Translations under genes and position numbers: made by a program
In this document: positions 55,532 to 64,000 of the stretch, one piece after another
Numbering within the stretch: the stretch's first letter is position 1
How the letters are laid out: each line of letters begins with the position of its first letter
The notes under the pieces: generated by a model
Told to the model about the DNA's origin: nothing
Database searches by the model: none
The model's input: only the letters and a program-made list of their open reading frames with translations
Origin: a virus
DNA length: 64,000 bases
IMG/VR virus record: IMGVR_UViG_3300032770_000003
Span: 64,001 to 128,000 of that record
Reading direction: 5' to 3' (one strand)

Positions 55532-57856
55532 TTACAGATACGTCGATAACCAACTTTGTAGGGCCTTGTAGGCAGTTGGCTCGATCGGCGTCTGCTGACT
55601 CCCTGCATTCGTCGGCGGTGCCGCTGGTCCTACCATCCTGGTAGGACGGGGCATACCCATCGGCGCCTGGACTGTGCTGGAGCCCGCACTCGGCTGTACC
55701 TGGTACATGCCCGGGATTGGCCCTTGTCGCTGGGTAGTCGGCATTGGGTTACCAACCTGTGGCTTTCCTTGATCAGGATTGAGAAGACCCTGCAAACTCG
55801 CGAATGGATCTCTCGGTGTAGACCCAGATGGTGAGCCGCCTGGAGGTCCCGCCGGTCCCCCTGGTCCCATGCCCTGGGTCCCCATGGGGGGCTGTCCCTG
55901 GGGCGTGCCCATCGGCGGTTGGCCCGGGTTCGAGGACGGTGGCTGAGCCGCGGGCGGGGGCATCTGCGGCTTGGGCATCTGCATGCTCGGCAGCCCGGGT
56001 GCCTGCCCGGACGGGGCTCCGGCACCTGGTTGACCACCAGCCTGCGGCATGGCCGGACGCATCATGTTCGGTGCCCCTGGCTGGGGGCCGCCCATGGGCC
56101 CGCCACCGCCTGGAGGTGTCATTCCTCCCCCCGGAGGTCCGCCGCTGTTCGGAGGCGGCCCGCCACCCATGGGTGGAACGCCACCGCCCATTCCAGGAGG
56201 TCGGGACGGAGGAGTCATACCGCCGCCCCCCGGCGGCTGCATTCCGCCCATGCCCTGTCCGCCACCCATCCCAGGTGCACCACCCATAGGAGGCGGTGTA
56301 GGGGGGCGTGGGGGCGCAGGGGGCTGCATCCCACCCGGACTCATCATCGATTGGCCCCCGGGCGGCGGCGAGGGAGGTGGAGCTGGTGGTTGGCCGCCCA
56401 TTCCCCCTCCACCCATCCCGCCTGGCATCTGTGGCGGCCTGACCTGCCCTGGAGGAGGTTGGCCAGCTCCCATCGCGCCCATCCCTGGCATCGCGCTCTG
56501 ACCCATCCCTGGCGGCATGGGAGGCGGCGCAGGCTTCGCGAGCGCGGGTCCGGGCGGCTGCCCCCCCATACCACCTCCGGGCGGCGCTCCCCCGAATTGC
56601 GGCCCGCCCGGAGGTGGCGAGGGAGAACCCATTCCCTGAGATCCGGGAGGCGGTCCCATCCCCGGCATGCCTGGACCCTGACCCGGTGTCGGGGGCGTCG
56701 CCCCGCCCATCCCGGGCGGCTTGGGCATCTGAGCCATGGGCATCCCAGCTCCCGCGCCCTGCGTGTTCGGCTGGGTCGCACCCGGACCTGGCATCATCGT
56801 GCGCCCACCCTGCGGCGTGCTCATCGGCGGTCCCTGCGGGGGCTGGAACTTCTGAGCGAAACGCTCCATGGGGCTCTGTGAGTCAGATCCCATCTGTTTG
56901 TGCGCCGCCGACGCTTGCAGGTGCTGGGAAGCTTCCTGGGGGCTGCCAGCGGCGCCTGCCAGCTTCTCGTGCTGAGCGGCTGCAGCTTCGTGATCCTGCT
57001 TGTCGAAATCCTTGTGAGCAGGGTGGAAAGGGTCGGCGTAGATCGGAATCCCAGAGGGAGCGAGTCCGATCGGGTTCCCCTGGTGAGGTATCTGCTGCGG
57101 CTGCGAGGCTCCCCGCATCCCCACACCAGGGATCTGGGGAGCGCCCTGACCCATGGGCGGCTGTTGATGCTGCTGCTGTTGCAGCGGAACATCCATCGTC
57201 CCGAGTGCCTTAGTAAACGACTTCAGGATGTCAATGGATTTGTTCGCAAAGTAGTTCGGATCTTTGCTTAGCTTCGAGTGGGCACCCTCAGCCATGCTGT
57301 GAGCTGCTGCTCTTCCGGCGGCGAGTTCCTTGCTCGCGTAGCTTTGCTTGGCATATTCCTGCGCGACTGGTTTATTGCCACCAGCATAAGCATTGGAACG
57401 TTCTGTCGCCGCCCGCTTGTTATGCATTTTGGCAGCGTCTTCATGATCTTCTTTCGTGAAATCAGCATGCTGTTGCTGGTGCGCTTTGATCTCTTGCTTC
57501 AGCTTGTCGGTAGCGTCCGTGCCACCAGATTGGGCTGAACGTGCTGCTGACACAAAAGAGTCATTAGGACCGTAAACAGGCTTCCCCGATCGCGTGTGGC
57601 CGATGACGTTGCCACCCCGCGATCCCTCGCCGCCGCCCGCCTTGAGCACCAGCTCCGGATTCACTTCGGGCGCGAAGCGGTTGGGCTGGAAGGCAGACGG
57701 GTAGCCGTGGAAGGCACCTCTGCGCGTGATGGGAGTTCCCATGCGGAAGTGTTCTTCGGCACGCGCCTGGTGGGTCTGGGCCTTTTCGATGGGCTCAGCG
57801 AATTGCGGATCGGCCCAGTTCAGTGGTCGCTTGGAGCCAAAATCGAAGTTGCTCAT
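55532..57856 (-). CDS. Pro/Gly/Met/Gln-rich low-complexity head-associated protein
   Basis: 774 aa; GEGSRGGNVIGHTRSGKPVY motif; more than 400 aa of PPG/GMG repeats. Confidence 0.75.
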   Translation of the reverse strand: MSNFDFGSKRPLNWADPQFAEPIEKAQTHQARAEEHFRMGTPITRRGAFHGYPSAFQPNRFAPEVNPELVLKAGGGEGSRGGNVIGHTRSGKPVYGPNDSFVSAARSAQSGGTDATDKLKQEIKAHQQQHADFTKEDHEDAAKMHNKRAATERSNAYAGGNKPVAQEYAKQSYASKELAAGRAAAHSMAEGAHSKLSKDPNYFANKSIDILKSFTKALGTMDVPLQQQQHQQPPMGQGAPQIPGVGMRGASQPQQIPHQGNPIGLAPSGIPIYADPFHPAHKDFDKQDHEAAAAQHEKLAGAAGSPQEASQHLQASAAHKQMGSDSQSPMERFAQKFQPPQGPPMSTPQGGRTMMPGPGATQPNTQGAGAGMPMAQMPKPPGMGGATPPTPGQGPGMPGMGPPPGSQGMGSPSPPPGGPQFGGAPPGGGMGGQPPGPALAKPAPPPMPPGMGQSAMPGMGAMGAGQPPPGQVRPPQMPGGMGGGGMGGQPPAPPPSPPPGGQSMMSPGGMQPPAPPRPPTPPPMGGAPGMGGGQGMGGMQPPGGGGMTPPSRPPGMGGGVPPMGGGPPPNSGGPPGGGMTPPGGGGPMGGPQPGAPNMMRPAMPQAGGQPGAGAPSGQAPGLPSMQMPKPQMPPPAAQPPSSNPGQPPMGTPQGQPPMGTQGMGPGGPAGPPGGSPSGSTPRDPFASLQGLLNPDQGKPQVGNPMPTTQRQGPIPGMYQVQPSAGSSTVQAPMGMPRPTRMVGPAAPPTNAGSQQTPIEPTAYKALQSWLSTYL

Positions 57857-57859
57857 GGG

Positions 57860-58342
57860 TTATCCAATCCCGTTTCGGGTCACGTGGCGGCCCTCCACCG
57901 AGCTTCCGCCAAGACCCGCGTTCCAGTTCTCTTCCTCGCGGAGCTGAGCTTCCACCAGCTGCCGGACCTTGTCCTTCTCACTCGGTGAGAACTGAGTGAG
58001 GATCTCTGCTTGCTGTGGTTCCATGTTCCGGAACCGCTGCGGATACATCACCGTCAGCAGCGCCAGATGGATAGGCAGAAGCGCGTATGGCTGAGCACTG
58101 TTGTGGACAGCATCGATCACCATGTTCTTGGCCCACTCGTAATCGAGCGTTCCATCCGGGTTGCGCCGGATGGTAGCCATTGCATGCGTGCTCGGTCGGT
58201 CATCCATGCCCTTGTACTGGGGGACGAAGCGCTGATGCGGCTGCGCCGACTCCCAGCTCGGATTCACCTGCTGACCCGTCGCCTTGATCAGACGAGGGTC
58301 TTGGATCCACAGGGGCAGTCTCGATCCGTGATCTCCAGTCAT
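57860..58342 (-). CDS. Hypothetical protein
   Basis: ATG 58342 (ATGA coupling); RLIKA motif near the N-terminus. Confidence 0.6.
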   Translation of the reverse strand: MTGDHGSRLPLWIQDPRLIKATGQQVNPSWESAQPHQRFVPQYKGMDDRPSTHAMATIRRNPDGTLDYEWAKNMVIDAVHNSAQPYALLPIHLALLTVMYPQRFRNMEPQQAEILTQFSPSEKDKVRQLVEAQLREEENWNAGLGGSSVEGRHVTRNGIG

Positions 58343-58554
58343 GGCTTCTTGATCTCGATGGTTGCGGGTGGGGGAGGAGGAGACGTGGGAGGGGTTGGAT
58401 TCCAAAGCGTCTCTGAGCGAGCGAGCGCTGCGAGCGCGTAGCCCAGCCCAGCGAAAGCGACACTGAAGGGAGCCAGTGACGGAATGTTGATCTGGCTGGC
58501 TGAGGTAAACACAGCTCCAGCGATCAGCAGAATGAGAGTCTGTGCCTTGTTCAT
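58339..58554 (-). CDS. Small two-TM membrane protein (holin-like)
   Basis: 71 aa, two hydrophobic helices, Pro/Lys tail. Confidence 0.5.
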   Translation of the reverse strand: MNKAQTLILLIAGAVFTSASQINIPSLAPFSVAFAGLGYALAALARSETLWNPTPPTSPPPPPATIEIKKP

Positions 58555-59192
58555 TGTTTTTTCAGCTCCTCTAGACCAGGTTTCGTGTTCATCAAGTCAG
58601 TCATCAAACCACTGAGATCGTGCTGACCTTCGCCAGACTTCGCTCTGCCAGCTCCGCCTGAGATGAACGTACCGATCGAGGGATCACGATGCGGGTTGGC
58701 CTTGTTTGTGTTGAGGTAGAGCTGATCGTGTCGCTCATCCGCTAGGTCAGCATCTGACCGCGGATAGTCGCGATTGGTGTGGTCGAACGTGCGGGCCCAC
58801 TTGACTGGATCGATGCCCTTGAGCACCAGTGCCGGCTCTTCCACGATCGCGAGGTAGAGATGCGGCGCCGACTTCTTCGCGTAGATGGGCTTGCCGCTAG
58901 AGGTATGCCCGGTGATGTGCCCACCCCGTGAGCCTTCACCACTCTCCTTACCTCCTCCCCCACTCGGTTTGGCAAACCGGCGAAGGCTCTCATCCCCGCC
59001 GCGCCACTTCGGGTTGGGACTGTCATCGGGCCACTCATCGTCATCGAGTTGGTAGTTGGGTTCGAAGCGTTGGTACTTGAACTTGTTGCCGTAGAGGTCG
59101 ACACCGCTGCCGCTGGTGAACCCCTCCTCTTCAGCGGATCCTTTTTTCGCCTTGAAGACTGAGACATCCGGAATGGCAAGATAAAGACGCAC
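58551..59192 (-). CDS. Putative head-internal protein
   Basis: 213 aa; GEGSRGGHITGHTSSGKPIY motif. Confidence 0.65.
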   Translation of the reverse strand: MRLYLAIPDVSVFKAKKGSAEEEGFTSGSGVDLYGNKFKYQRFEPNYQLDDDEWPDDSPNPKWRGGDESLRRFAKPSGGGGKESGEGSRGGHITGHTSSGKPIYAKKSAPHLYLAIVEEPALVLKGIDPVKWARTFDHTNRDYPRSDADLADERHDQLYLNTNKANPHRDPSIGTFISGGAGRAKSGEGQHDLSGLMTDLMNTKPGLEELKKQ

Positions 59193-59201
59193 GGAAGCCC
59201 C

Positions 59202-60812
59202 TCAGCGTCCGCCCCATGGAATGTCCATCCGTGGGTGTACGTTGTGGATAAGGCGGAGCCGCATCTCAGCGATCTCCTGACTCCGACGAAGATCGTCCTG
59301 AACCCTCTTCAGGCGGATGTCTTCGCTGTCAGCGACTCCCTGCACGGTATCAGTGACGGGGGGTGCAATACCGGTATACATCCGGGATGTCTGAGTCGTA
59401 GCCGAACGGAAGATTCCGTTCGGGTCGTAAGCCGGCTGGCGAAGGTACACGGGAATGGCAAGCGCACGAGAGGTGAGCGCCTTGTCCATGTGATGCTCTT
59501 TGCACATGCCCGCCTTGCACGCTTTGCAGGAACCCGCATCGGACATTGACTTGCTGTGGGCTCCGATTCCCATGCTTCCTCCGGTCCCTGCACTAGCAGC
59601 AGGAGCAGCCGAAGCTGCTGGCGCCGGTGCGGGTGTTGTGTGTTGTGCTGGTGCTGTCGCTGCAGGAGCTGCAGGTGCGGGCGCAGCGGGAGCAGCAGGT
59701 GCGGGAGCCGGCGAAGACGCCTGTCCGCCGCCTCCTCCACCGCCACCTCCACCGCCACCTCCAGCGCCACCTCCAGCGCTGTGGCCACCGCCGCCCCCCA
59801 TGTGGCCGCCCATGCTGGGTGTGATCGGCGCAGTCAGTGACTGAATCCCTGAGCTGGCAAGGTGGCTCGCCTCACCCGCCAGGGCGGTCGGTGGACCAAC
59901 AGTTGGGCCGCCTGCTTCAGCCCCCAGCTCGCGACCGAACCCCATACCCTGTGCCCAGCCGCTTCCAGCTGTCGGACCAAACGTCGTATCGAGACCACCG
60001 CCACCAGCCATGGCGTGTTTCAGAATGTTCAGCGCCTCACGATTGGTTTCGAGAGAGCGGCGGTAGAACATCTTGAAGCCGTGGTGAGCCCATTCCAGAG
60101 GGCTCTTGTGACCTTCCTCTTCTTCCTCCTCCTCTTCCTCCTCCTCTTCCTCCTCCTTCTCTTTCCCTTCCGCCTTCATCAGGCCAAAGAGAGCGCCGAG
60201 AGACTTGTCGGCGCCGTCGCCACGGTCCTTGGCATCGACGCCTTCCGACTCCACCTCATTGGGGGAGACAGTGATGGTCACGTTGATCTCGGGCGCGAAA
60301 GAGACGTCACCGTCCGCCTCACCGTCAGAGCCTGTGGCCTTCTTGACCATGCCATCGGAGCACTTCTCCACCTCTTCCATGAAGCCTTCCATGGATGGAT
60401 CTTCGTCACGCAATTCGGTGTTCTTCTTCACCGCTTTGGCACCACCCATGAGTTGAGCATCAGTCAAGACAGGAACCTCCACAGTGGGACGTTGATGACG
60501 ATCGGGAATCTTTGCCATGGGCCGGGGCTCTTCGGCGCGGCTCTGGTACTTGATCGGATCAAGCACAGGCAGCTCCTGTGTCTTGGCGTTCTCGCGATTG
60601 CCCCGCGGTCCGTACTTTGGTCTGCCGCTCGACGTGGTCCCAATGACGTTGCCACCACGGGAACCAACATCCTTTGAAACGGACTTACCGCCTGCTCTGC
60701 GCTGGGTCTCAAGTGCAATCGCAATTGCTTGATCCCGTGGTTTGCCAGCTTCCTGCTCGCGTTTTATGTTATCACCCACTGCGTCATCAGAAGGGCTATT
60801 CACTAGGGGCAT
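59202..60812 (-). CDS. Low-complexity head-associated protein
   Basis: ATG 60812 with GGAGG RBS; NI..E...GKP..QAIAIA N-terminus, GSRGGNVIG.T.SG.P.Y, poly-Glu, poly-Gly and Ala/Pro tracts. Confidence 0.7.
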   Translation of the reverse strand: MPLVNSPSDDAVGDNIKREQEAGKPRDQAIAIALETQRRAGGKSVSKDVGSRGGNVIGTTSSGRPKYGPRGNRENAKTQELPVLDPIKYQSRAEEPRPMAKIPDRHQRPTVEVPVLTDAQLMGGAKAVKKNTELRDEDPSMEGFMEEVEKCSDGMVKKATGSDGEADGDVSFAPEINVTITVSPNEVESEGVDAKDRGDGADKSLGALFGLMKAEGKEKEEEEEEEEEEEEEEGHKSPLEWAHHGFKMFYRRSLETNREALNILKHAMAGGGGLDTTFGPTAGSGWAQGMGFGRELGAEAGGPTVGPPTALAGEASHLASSGIQSLTAPITPSMGGHMGGGGGHSAGGGAGGGGGGGGGGGGGQASSPAPAPAAPAAPAPAAPAATAPAQHTTPAPAPAASAAPAASAGTGGSMGIGAHSKSMSDAGSCKACKAGMCKEHHMDKALTSRALAIPVYLRQPAYDPNGIFRSATTQTSRMYTGIAPPVTDTVQGVADSEDIRLKRVQDDLRRSQEIAEMRLRLIHNVHPRMDIPWGGR

Positions 60813-60814
60813 GG

Positions 60815-61531
60815 TCAAGCCTCCGCACACAACACGGACTGACGTGTGGTTTTTGTCAATCTCGTAATGTTGACTGAGCCGTCCGACTCCCTTGATTGCA
60901 CAGTTGCTAAAGCAACTTTCTTCATTACAGAACTGAGTCTGACACCACAAGCACGTGCCCACTGCTCTGGAGATTTGGCTGCCTTAGTACTGTTGCAGGG
61001 CTTGCACGCCGGAGCCAAGTTGTGTCGAGCGTGAAGTCCGCCCTTTACCAGAGGTACGATATGGTCAAGTGTCGTGGCGGCTCGTTTGCGGCACCAAGCG
61101 CATTTGCCATCGAACGTACGAAAAAGGACGCGCAAGAATTCCAGACTAACAATCTCAACAGTGGCTGAGTGTATTCGTGCGCGACGACGATGCCAGCGCA
61201 ACAAGGCACCAATTTTGCCCACAGGGCTGTAGTAATAGGCGCGGTTCTGTTTGAGTATCGCAGCCCTGTGCTTTGTATATCGAGAAGCGTGATAGGCCGC
61301 TATCTTTGTCTTGTTCGCCTGTCGGTAGGCGATGTCCTTTTCTCTGTTGTTACTGCGGTAACGTAATTCGATTTCACGAACCTTGGCGTAGTTGGTCTTG
61401 CGATAGACCTTGGCACGAAGGCGATGACACACACGACACCAACCTCCGTATCCATTCGGACAATTCTTATTCCTGACGAACGCACTGAGTGGAAGTGTGT
61501 GTCGACATTTGATACAAATGCGCGTGATCAT
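60815..61531 (-). mobile_element. Free-standing HNH homing endonuclease
   Basis: C.KC....P...F, CAWC and DHIVPL.KGG.H...NL.PAC..CN..K motifs. Confidence 0.9.
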
Positions 61532-64000
61532 TGTTTCATACCAGGGCCGCTTGCGGCCGCTTCATTATCTTGCCCGAAGTTGTCACTGTACTTCGGCCCA
61601 GCGGGTTTTCCTTCACCACCAGGACTACCACCGGGTTTACCTCCAGCTCCGGCGCCTCCTTGAGCCAATCCCTGCGCCTGAAGTGCGCTAATGTATACCG
61701 GATTGAGGGGGACATCTCCACCTGGAAGTGGTGGCAGTGAAACCGTCTGTCTTCCTTCATTCAAACTCATGTAGCTGCTGATCTGCTCGACCAGCATCTC
61801 GTGTTTCTCGTTCTCGGACAGCTCATCGAGTCCGACGAACTCAAAGGTGAAGTGATCGTCGATCTTGTCGATGACGTGCTTGTTGATCAGCTTCGCGATG
61901 AACCGCAGAATTGGCTTGAGACCGCGGTCGCGCGAGGCTTTGAGCTTCCACTCCTGCGATGCCTCGAACAGCGGAGTCTGTTGCTGGCCTCCGTGGATCT
62001 CGAAGTTGATCTCAGCCGGATCGATCAGATACACGCCACAGGTGATCTTGATCAGATACTCAATCCACTTGCCGAACTCCATCTCCTGATTGGTCTTGGC
62101 GAGGTCAACCCACTCCAATCCTTCTGACTGGAGGATAGGAGTCTTCCAGCTGTTCTCGACGCCCGAGACCTGTGCGAGCCACTGCCGGCGGAACCCTTCC
62201 AGCTGCTCAGGGGTGTAGTTGTCGCCCTTGAGGTTGAGGATGCCTTTGGGGGCAGTACCCTGAGAGAAGAACTTCCGGTTGTACTCCTCTGCGTAGAGGT
62301 GAGCGGTCACAATCGTGATGAGCTGCTCCAGCTCACCAAAGCCGTAACCCTGAATGTAGATGTCCGTGCGCGGGTTGCGAACCCCGAAGGACAGCTCGCT
62401 CGACGAGTAGACGTTCTCGATCTGGCCGTTGATGACCTGGACGTAGGCGATAGGACGGTTGCCGGAAAGCGGCTGTCCGTACTCACGCCCTTCGTAGAGG
62501 TTGGCGAAGCGACCCGGGACCGTGGGCTTGAAGCCCATGCGATCGTGGTACGACGTGTTCACGCCGACATAGCGATCGTCTGCTGCGATCCGGATCGTGG
62601 CTGCATCGACCGCCCAAAACTCGTAGGGGAGGCCCATACCGTCGGGCACCACCTCGAAGCAGCAGTTGTGACTGGCGAAGCCTTCCGCTATGTAACTATG
62701 ATCCTCGTCAATCTCCAAGTTGAACACTGGGTAGTTCTCTACCCGCTCGCGAGTCACTTGTTCGATCTTGATGTAGAGGAATTCATCATCCTGAATGAAT
62801 GCACTACGCTGTTGCGTAGGAACAGGAATGTTCAGCAGGCGTCCATCGGACAGCGTCTGAAGACCTGTCCCACTGATGCGACCAACATACTTTTCTGAGT
62901 GATTGCGGCTATACGCCTCGTGCACGATCACCTGAGCCGGCACCACAGAACAACGGGTGTACATTCCCGCAGCTGCGAGCAATACCCGAAGTCCACCAAA
63001 GAGCGCACGAGAGACTGTAGAAAAAGTCATAGAGGAGTTCGCTACGCTCCCATCACAGGCAAGGTAGCCGCGAAGGAAAGCCGCACGCACTTCGTCACTG
63101 GCTTCGAACATCCAAGATGGAACCCTCTTGTTGTGTGCACCATCACCGAAGTTCTCAGCCATGAAGCGGGCTAGCTCCACTGAGTTGCCAGTCACTCCTG
63201 TGGCTGCACAGTCATCGTAACCAACGTCAGTCGTGCCAATTCCCAGGGAATCGAACACCTGGACGGCATGTATCAGCAGATGTTCATCATCTTTGTGGAA
63301 GGTCAAACCAACCGCGTTTGGTTCCTTGCGGGAGTTCTTTCCTGTGTGTCCGTTTGCTGTATAGAAGCCGCAAAAGGTCGCGAACTTCTCATCGAGGGTG
63401 ACAGTATTAGGACGCGGAAGTGGTGAACGTGAAAAGCCGCGTTTCTCTGCTTCGTCCTTGACGAGCTGAATTGCTGGTCCGCCCCTGCGATAATAGCCGC
63501 ATAGAATTGCCCGCACAGTAACGACGTTGATGCCAGTCGCATCCGCAATCTCTCGATAAGGAATATTCGGGTACTGTCGAGCTTTGGTCTTGTCGAAGAT
63601 CTGAAATTGAATCGGCTCAGTACGAATCGTAAGTTTGGGCTTTGGATAGACGAGATAGTGTTCGTCAGTCAGCTCCGAAGCTGGTGTCCAATCAGGCTTG
63701 ATTCCCTTGCCGCGTGATGATGTCAGCCTGAACCATCGATCTGTAACTGCCAAGAACGGATGCTCGGAGGTGGCCCCGACTGACTGTCCACCAGACCGGA
63801 TCGTAATCAAATCACCCGTATACAAGCGGCGCATGCGCTCGACCACACGCCGAATGCGTCCGGTGTGGGTCCGGACTTCGGTTCCTACTTCGATGGTCTC
63901 GATGGACTGAGGCACACCATCCGCGCACTCAATCTGCGTTGACGCAGGATGACACTGATCCAGAACCAAGCTGTCGCGGACGATCTTGCGCAGAAAGTTT
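61528..64000 (-). CDS. Portal protein (SPO1/Twort-like), 5'-partial, containing an intein
   Basis: FLRKIVRDS...DQ|C.FE, VD..TIR, RNPRTD....GYG..ELE, MEF..W..YLI and IDPAEINF motifs. Confidence 0.92.
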   Translation of the reverse strand, partial: NFLRKIVRDSLVLDQCHPASTQIECADGVPQSIETIEVGTEVRTHTGRIRRVVERMRRLYTGDLITIRSGGQSVGATSEHPFLAVTDRWFRLTSSRGKGIKPDWTPASELTDEHYLVYPKPKLTIRTEPIQFQIFDKTKARQYPNIPYREIADATGINVVTVRAILCGYYRRGGPAIQLVKDEAEKRGFSRSPLPRPNTVTLDEKFATFCGFYTANGHTGKNSRKEPNAVGLTFHKDDEHLLIHAVQVFDSLGIGTTDVGYDDCAATGVTGNSVELARFMAENFGDGAHNKRVPSWMFEASDEVRAAFLRGYLACDGSVANSSMTFSTVSRALFGGLRVLLAAAGMYTRCSVVPAQVIVHEAYSRNHSEKYVGRISGTGLQTLSDGRLLNIPVPTQQRSAFIQDDEFLYIKIEQVTRERVENYPVFNLEIDEDHSYIAEGFASHNCCFEVVPDGMGLPYEFWAVDAATIRIAADDRYVGVNTSYHDRMGFKPTVPGRFANLYEGREYGQPLSGNRPIAYVQVINGQIENVYSSSELSFGVRNPRTDIYIQGYGFGELEQLITIVTAHLYAEEYNRKFFSQGTAPKGILNLKGDNYTPEQLEGFRRQWLAQVSGVENSWKTPILQSEGLEWVDLAKTNQEMEFGKWIEYLIKITCGVYLIDPAEINFEIHGGQQQTPLFEASQEWKLKASRDRGLKPILRFIAKLINKHVIDKIDDHFTFEFVGLDELSENEKHEMLVEQISSYMSLNEGRQTVSLPPLPGGDVPLNPVYISALQAQGLAQGGAGAGGKPGGSPGGEGKPAGPKYSDNFGQDNEAAASGPGMKQ
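62665..63954 (-). mobile_element. Intein (430 aa) with HTH and LAGLIDADG endonuclease in the portal
   Basis: Starts CHPAST, block B TSEHPF, HTH YREIADATGI, FCGFYTANG and FLRGYLACDG, ends ASHN followed by Cys. Confidence 0.92.

Noticed and set aside
55630-57213. Several long alternative-frame ORFs over the Pro/Gly-rich gene
   Set aside because: By-product of very GC-rich low-complexity sequence lacking stop codons.
60813-60962. ORF-track N-terminal extensions (e.g. 59202..60962, 32104..33213, 38748..39479, 45859..46467)
   Set aside because: They overlap upstream genes; internal ATGs with an RBS or stop-start coupling are more plausible starts.
1-64000. CRISPR array, tRNA or rRNA genes
   Set aside because: No regularly spaced direct repeats or cloverleaf-like sequences seen; intergenic space is minimal. 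Not verified with tRNAscan or similar tools.
1-64000. Stop-codon reassignment
   Set aside because: Core genes are full length under the standard code and end in TAG, TGA and TAA.

Overview
A 64-kb segment of a large, GC-rich (roughly 60% by eye) contractile-tailed phage (myovirus). It covers almost the whole virion morphogenesis region, encoded on the minus strand. In transcription order: portal (5' end outside the window), a ~16-kb cluster of probable head-internal/ejected proteins, prohead protease, scaffold, major capsid protein, neck proteins, tail sheath, tube, chaperones, tape measure, hub, spike, fibres, baseplate, an SF2 helicase and more virion-like genes. The gene order and the portal/protease/capsid motifs resemble SPO1/Twort-like (Herelleviridae-type) phages. 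Selfish elements are abundant: four inteins (portal, prohead protease, baseplate spike, helicase) and six free-standing homing endonuclease genes. Three features stand out. (1) The protease intein has no in-frame endonuclease; it carries an HTH + DUF559/Vsr-like nuclease ORF entirely on the opposite strand, with a candidate promoter and start codon formed from conserved intein splicing-block codons. (2) Two clear (and one weaker) free-standing endonucleases begin with a copy of the downstream essential gene's N-terminus. (3) The head region contains two small alarmone synthetases, a small alarmone hydrolase and several polyvalent enzymes sharing short tag-like motifs, suggesting virion-delivered effectors. 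All calls come from reading motifs by eye; no database searches were run.
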